Shown here piece after piece: positions 60,642 to 64,000 of a stretch of 64,000 bases of DNA. The stretch lies in IMG/VR virus record IMGVR_UViG_3300010338_000575. The stretch is one strand, 5' to 3'. The stretch's first letter is position 1; every line of letters begins with the position of its first letter. Under the pieces are notes generated by a model. The model saw only the letters and a list, made by a program, of their open reading frames with translations, was not told the DNA's origin and searched no databases. The stretch is from a virus (taxonomy: Duplodnaviria > Caudoviricetes). Both the position numbers and the translations under genes were made by a program.

Positions 60642-63600
60642 ATGGCAGTTGGTACGGCAGTTAGTACAAAAATTTCGTTAGACAACAATAAAGTTGTTCA
60701 AAGTTCTGGTAAAATTTTAACACTATCGGGAAATACATTAATCGCCAGTAGCGGTACGTTGAAATATCTAACAGATACGTCATCAACTTATGATGCACGT
60801 TCTGTTACAGATGCTGGTTTTGTGACTGGGTTAACTAGTGCAATTTCGAGTAATTTAAGTAGTAATTATTACACAAAAACAGTTATTAATAACTATACTG
60901 GTGCAACTGATACAAGAATTGGTGATATTGAAAGTGATGTTGCAATTTCATTAACAGGTGCATCTAATGGTTTAACCAAGGTTGGTAATCATGATGTTAA
61001 ATTAGGTGGTGTTATAACTGAAAGCACTATAATTACTGATAATAGGGGGACTCCTGTTGGTATTCAATATGGTGGTGATTATAGTGCAAATTATACACCT
61101 CGTAGTTTAGTTGATGCTGGATATGTTACTGGGTTAACTAGTGCAATTTCGAGTAATTTAAGTGGCAATTATTACACTAAAACAGTTATTAATAATTATA
61201 CTGGTGCTACTGATACGAGAATTAGTGATATTGAAAGCGATGTTGCAATTTCATTAACTGGTGCGTCTAATGGTTTAACCAAGGTTGGTGATCATGATGT
61301 TGAATTAGGTGGTGCATTAACAAAAAATACTAATATATGCGGTTCGTATCAGTATAATATTAACGTAAATACCATTAATTTGACAGGTATTACTAATGGT
61401 GTTAATTTAACGGGAGTTGTTACATTAAAAACACAACCATCAGGTTCAGGTGGTTTATTGTGTATCAATTCAACAACTGGTGAAATTTGTCAAACATCAC
61501 TATCAGCATTTGGTGGTGTGACTGGTGCAACAAATGGTTTGAGTGTTTGTAGTAATCAAAATATTGGATTTGGTGGTTCATTGTGTAATAATACTACAAT
61601 AACTGGTGACTATGATTTGTGTTTTGGTACGTCTGGTGATAAGTTAAATAAGTTTGAATTAAACACAAGTGATGATGTTGTTATTAATAGTGATGGTATT
61701 ATTAATATGGTGTTATCTGGTGGTACAATAACAACAAATGATTTAAGGGGATTAAGGTATACCAATGATTATTCAACAACATTTACTGATAATTCTTTGG
61801 TAACAAAGGCATATGTTGATGGAATTGCCGTTGGTTTAGATCCTAAATCTGCCGTTGTTGTTGCAACAACTACTGGTAATAATTTGGATTTAAGTGGTGT
61901 TGAAGTAATTGATGGTATTACCACTGATACTGGAATGAGAGTATTAGTGAAAAATCAAACAAACAAGGCAGAGAATGGTATTTATATTGCAAATAATAGT
62001 GGTGCTTGGACACGTGCAACTGATTTTGATGGTACACCAGAAGGTGAAGTAACACAAGGTGCATTAATACCTGTGTTAAGTGGTAATACTAATAAAAATA
62101 GTGTATGGATTTTAACAACGAACGATCCGATTACGATAGGAACTACTGAATTAAATTTTGGAAAATTTTCACAATTGCTTGATGTTACTGATGGCAACGG
62201 TATTGATATTTCTGTATTTGGTGAAACAAAACAAATTAGCGTTGAATTATCAAGCAATTCTGGATTAGCATTTAACGGTACTGGTTTAACTATTGATAGC
62301 AATATTGCAAGTAGTGGTTTAACTTGGAATGGTGGAAAACTTTTTGTAAATGCGATATCTGGTGGTACTGGTGATATTCCCGTTAGGATTGATGGTGTTA
62401 ATTATTTAACTATTAATCAGGATGATATTGATACTGTTTTTGGTGGTGTATTAACAAACGCATCAAATGGTTTAACAAAAACTGGTGATACAGTTATATT
62501 AGGTGGTACATTAATATCACCAACAACAATTATTGGTGATGATACAAATGGTTTGGTTTATCAAGATAATGCAATTACTAATAAAAGAGGTATTCAATAT
62601 GCTAATGATTATAGTTCAACATTTGTTAATCGTAGTTTAGTTGATAAGGGTTATGTTGATAATGTATTTTCATCTATAACAGCATCAAATGGTTTAACAA
62701 GAACTGGTGATACTATAGTATTGGGTGGTGTGTTAGATTATGATACTTGTGTTGATATAAATAATCACGCATTATTATTTAATGGTACTGGAAATACATA
62801 CCTATCGTTCACTTCAGATGAGTTTTATGCTGTGGTAAGTAATAATAGTTGTTCTACTGGTGTGGGGGCGTATAAAGACACATTTAGTGGAATTTATACA
62901 TTTAATGCATATGCAACTTCTGGAAATAGTACAATTGATATGCTTATAACTCCAACAGAATTATCATTATTCTTAACTGATACCAATCATAATAATGGTT
63001 TGTTTTTTAATACAACAACTGGTATTACAACCACATTTACAGGTCAATATATAATTAATGATAATGAATTACAATATGGTATTCAATATGGTGGTGATTA
63101 TAGTAGTACATTTGTTGAACGTAGTTTAGTTGATAGGGGTTATGTTGATAATGCAATTATTGCAAGTGCGGTAATTGCTGAAAATGGTTTAACAAAATCG
63201 GGTTATACAATAACTTTAGGTGGTGTTTTAAATCAAAATACGACAATTTCTGGTAATTCTTCATATTCATTAACAATTGATAAACCAAATGAGTTTAATG
63301 TTGTTTGCTCATCTACAATAGAAATGTCATCACCATCTATAATTTTTAGTAATTATTGTGATAATACTACTAATGGTTCTGTTGTTTGGTTAGATTATTG
63401 TGGTTTAACGTTAAGTCATGAAGGTTCTATTGATCCCTCTGGTAATACAACATCTTCAATATTTTTAGGACGTAATGATCTTGGTAATCGTGATATTGTT
63501 ATTTCATCTTCAAATGGTGGTATAACAATAGAAGCATCTAAATATTTAGATATTAATACATCTGGTGTTACAATACAAACAACACCTCAAACGTATTCAT

Positions 63601-64000
63601 TAACAAATCCAAATGTTCTTGTATGGGATAATAATGATAAATTAATAAAAATAACTTGTGGTGATGCTTTAGGTGATAAAAACAATAAATATGATGTTTG
63701 TGTTGTTAATTCAAACACAACACTCACTTTAACTGGTGATACATATGTTGTTATGGTTGACACGTCATCACAACCAATATCGCTTACATTAAGTAGTAAT
63801 GGTCTTGTTAGTGGTAGAACTGTTAAGATAAAAGATGGTAGTGGTAATGCTTTAAGTAATAATATTACAATAACATCACCAACACTATCATTTGATGGTG
63901 GTGATGATGCCGTTATTAATACAGATTTTGGTGCGTTGGAATTGATTTACACTGAAGGTGTTGGTGCGTGTGAATGGAAAGTATTGTCATTCTATAATTA
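60642..64000 (+). CDS. long tail fibre protein (~1119 aa; probable stop straddles the window end)
   Basis: Manual reading from ATG at 60642 (MAVGTAVSTK...) to ...INTDFGALELIY...WKVLSFYN-TA; same 'RVLVKNQ...ENGIY' domain and repeats as the previous gene. Confidence 0.75.
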   Translation, partial: MAVGTAVSTKISLDNNKVVQSSGKILTLSGNTLIASSGTLKYLTDTSSTYDARSVTDAGFVTGLTSAISSNLSSNYYTKTVINNYTGATDTRIGDIESDVAISLTGASNGLTKVGNHDVKLGGVITESTIITDNRGTPVGIQYGGDYSANYTPRSLVDAGYVTGLTSAISSNLSGNYYTKTVINNYTGATDTRISDIESDVAISLTGASNGLTKVGDHDVELGGALTKNTNICGSYQYNINVNTINLTGITNGVNLTGVVTLKTQPSGSGGLLCINSTTGEICQTSLSAFGGVTGATNGLSVCSNQNIGFGGSLCNNTTITGDYDLCFGTSGDKLNKFELNTSDDVVINSDGIINMVLSGGTITTNDLRGLRYTNDYSTTFTDNSLVTKAYVDGIAVGLDPKSAVVVATTTGNNLDLSGVEVIDGITTDTGMRVLVKNQTNKAENGIYIANNSGAWTRATDFDGTPEGEVTQGALIPVLSGNTNKNSVWILTTNDPITIGTTELNFGKFSQLLDVTDGNGIDISVFGETKQISVELSSNSGLAFNGTGLTIDSNIASSGLTWNGGKLFVNAISGGTGDIPVRIDGVNYLTINQDDIDTVFGGVLTNASNGLTKTGDTVILGGTLISPTTIIGDDTNGLVYQDNAITNKRGIQYANDYSSTFVNRSLVDKGYVDNVFSSITASNGLTRTGDTIVLGGVLDYDTCVDINNHALLFNGTGNTYLSFTSDEFYAVVSNNSCSTGVGAYKDTFSGIYTFNAYATSGNSTIDMLITPTELSLFLTDTNHNNGLFFNTTTGITTTFTGQYIINDNELQYGIQYGGDYSSTFVERSLVDRGYVDNAIIASAVIAENGLTKSGYTITLGGVLNQNTTISGNSSYSLTIDKPNEFNVVCSSTIEMSSPSIIFSNYCDNTTNGSVVWLDYCGLTLSHEGSIDPSGNTTSSIFLGRNDLGNRDIVISSSNGGITIEASKYLDINTSGVTIQTTPQTYSLTNPNVLVWDNNDKLIKITCGDALGDKNNKYDVCVVNSNTTLTLTGDTYVVMVDTSSQPISLTLSSNGLVSGRTVKIKDGSGNALSNNITITSPTLSFDGGDDAVINTDFGALELIYTEGVGACEWKVLSFYN
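60810..61314 (+). repeat. recent intragenic duplication (~200 bp, period 303 bp)
   Basis: 60810-61011 and 61113-61314 are near-identical at nucleotide level. Confidence 0.85.

Noticed and set aside
60810-61314. Diversity-generating retroelement TR/VR pair
   Set aside because: Both copies are in frame inside one gene, differences are not confined to adenines, and no reverse transcriptase is in the window
1-64000. Stop-codon reassignment as in some Bacteroidota megaphages
   Set aside because: Conserved genes are full length in the standard code, and TAG and TGA end genes at sensible positions

Overview
Very AT-rich segment of a large T4-like myovirus (jumbo-phage style) genome. The host is probably Bacteroidota: TAnnTTTG promoters, no Shine-Dalgarno sequences, a Bacteroidota-type lipoprotein and a Bacteroidota-type attC-like repeat. 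The window holds neck, tail sheath, tube, spike, tape-measure and tail-fibre genes; replication genes (UvrD-like helicase, gp32-like SSB, UvsX/RecA, 5'-3' exonuclease, DnaB-like helicase); thyA, dut, phoH; a gp55-like sigma factor with about 15 copies of a GTATTTAT late-promoter motif; two glycosyltransferase clusters, one with an apparently complete NDP-heptose pathway; a captured host-type DNA methyltransferase cassette; and an initiator-like tRNA-Met. The most striking feature is at 44.17-44.80 kb. It is an orphan type V-F (Cas12f/TnpB-like) guide cassette: the last ~20 codons of a cas12f/tnpB gene, a host-type promoter, a tracrRNA-like RNA with two anti-repeats matching the array, a 4-repeat/3-spacer CRISPR array whose repeat resembles Cas13b repeats, and a terminator. 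No intact cas gene lies in the window. All family calls come from motif recognition, not database searches.
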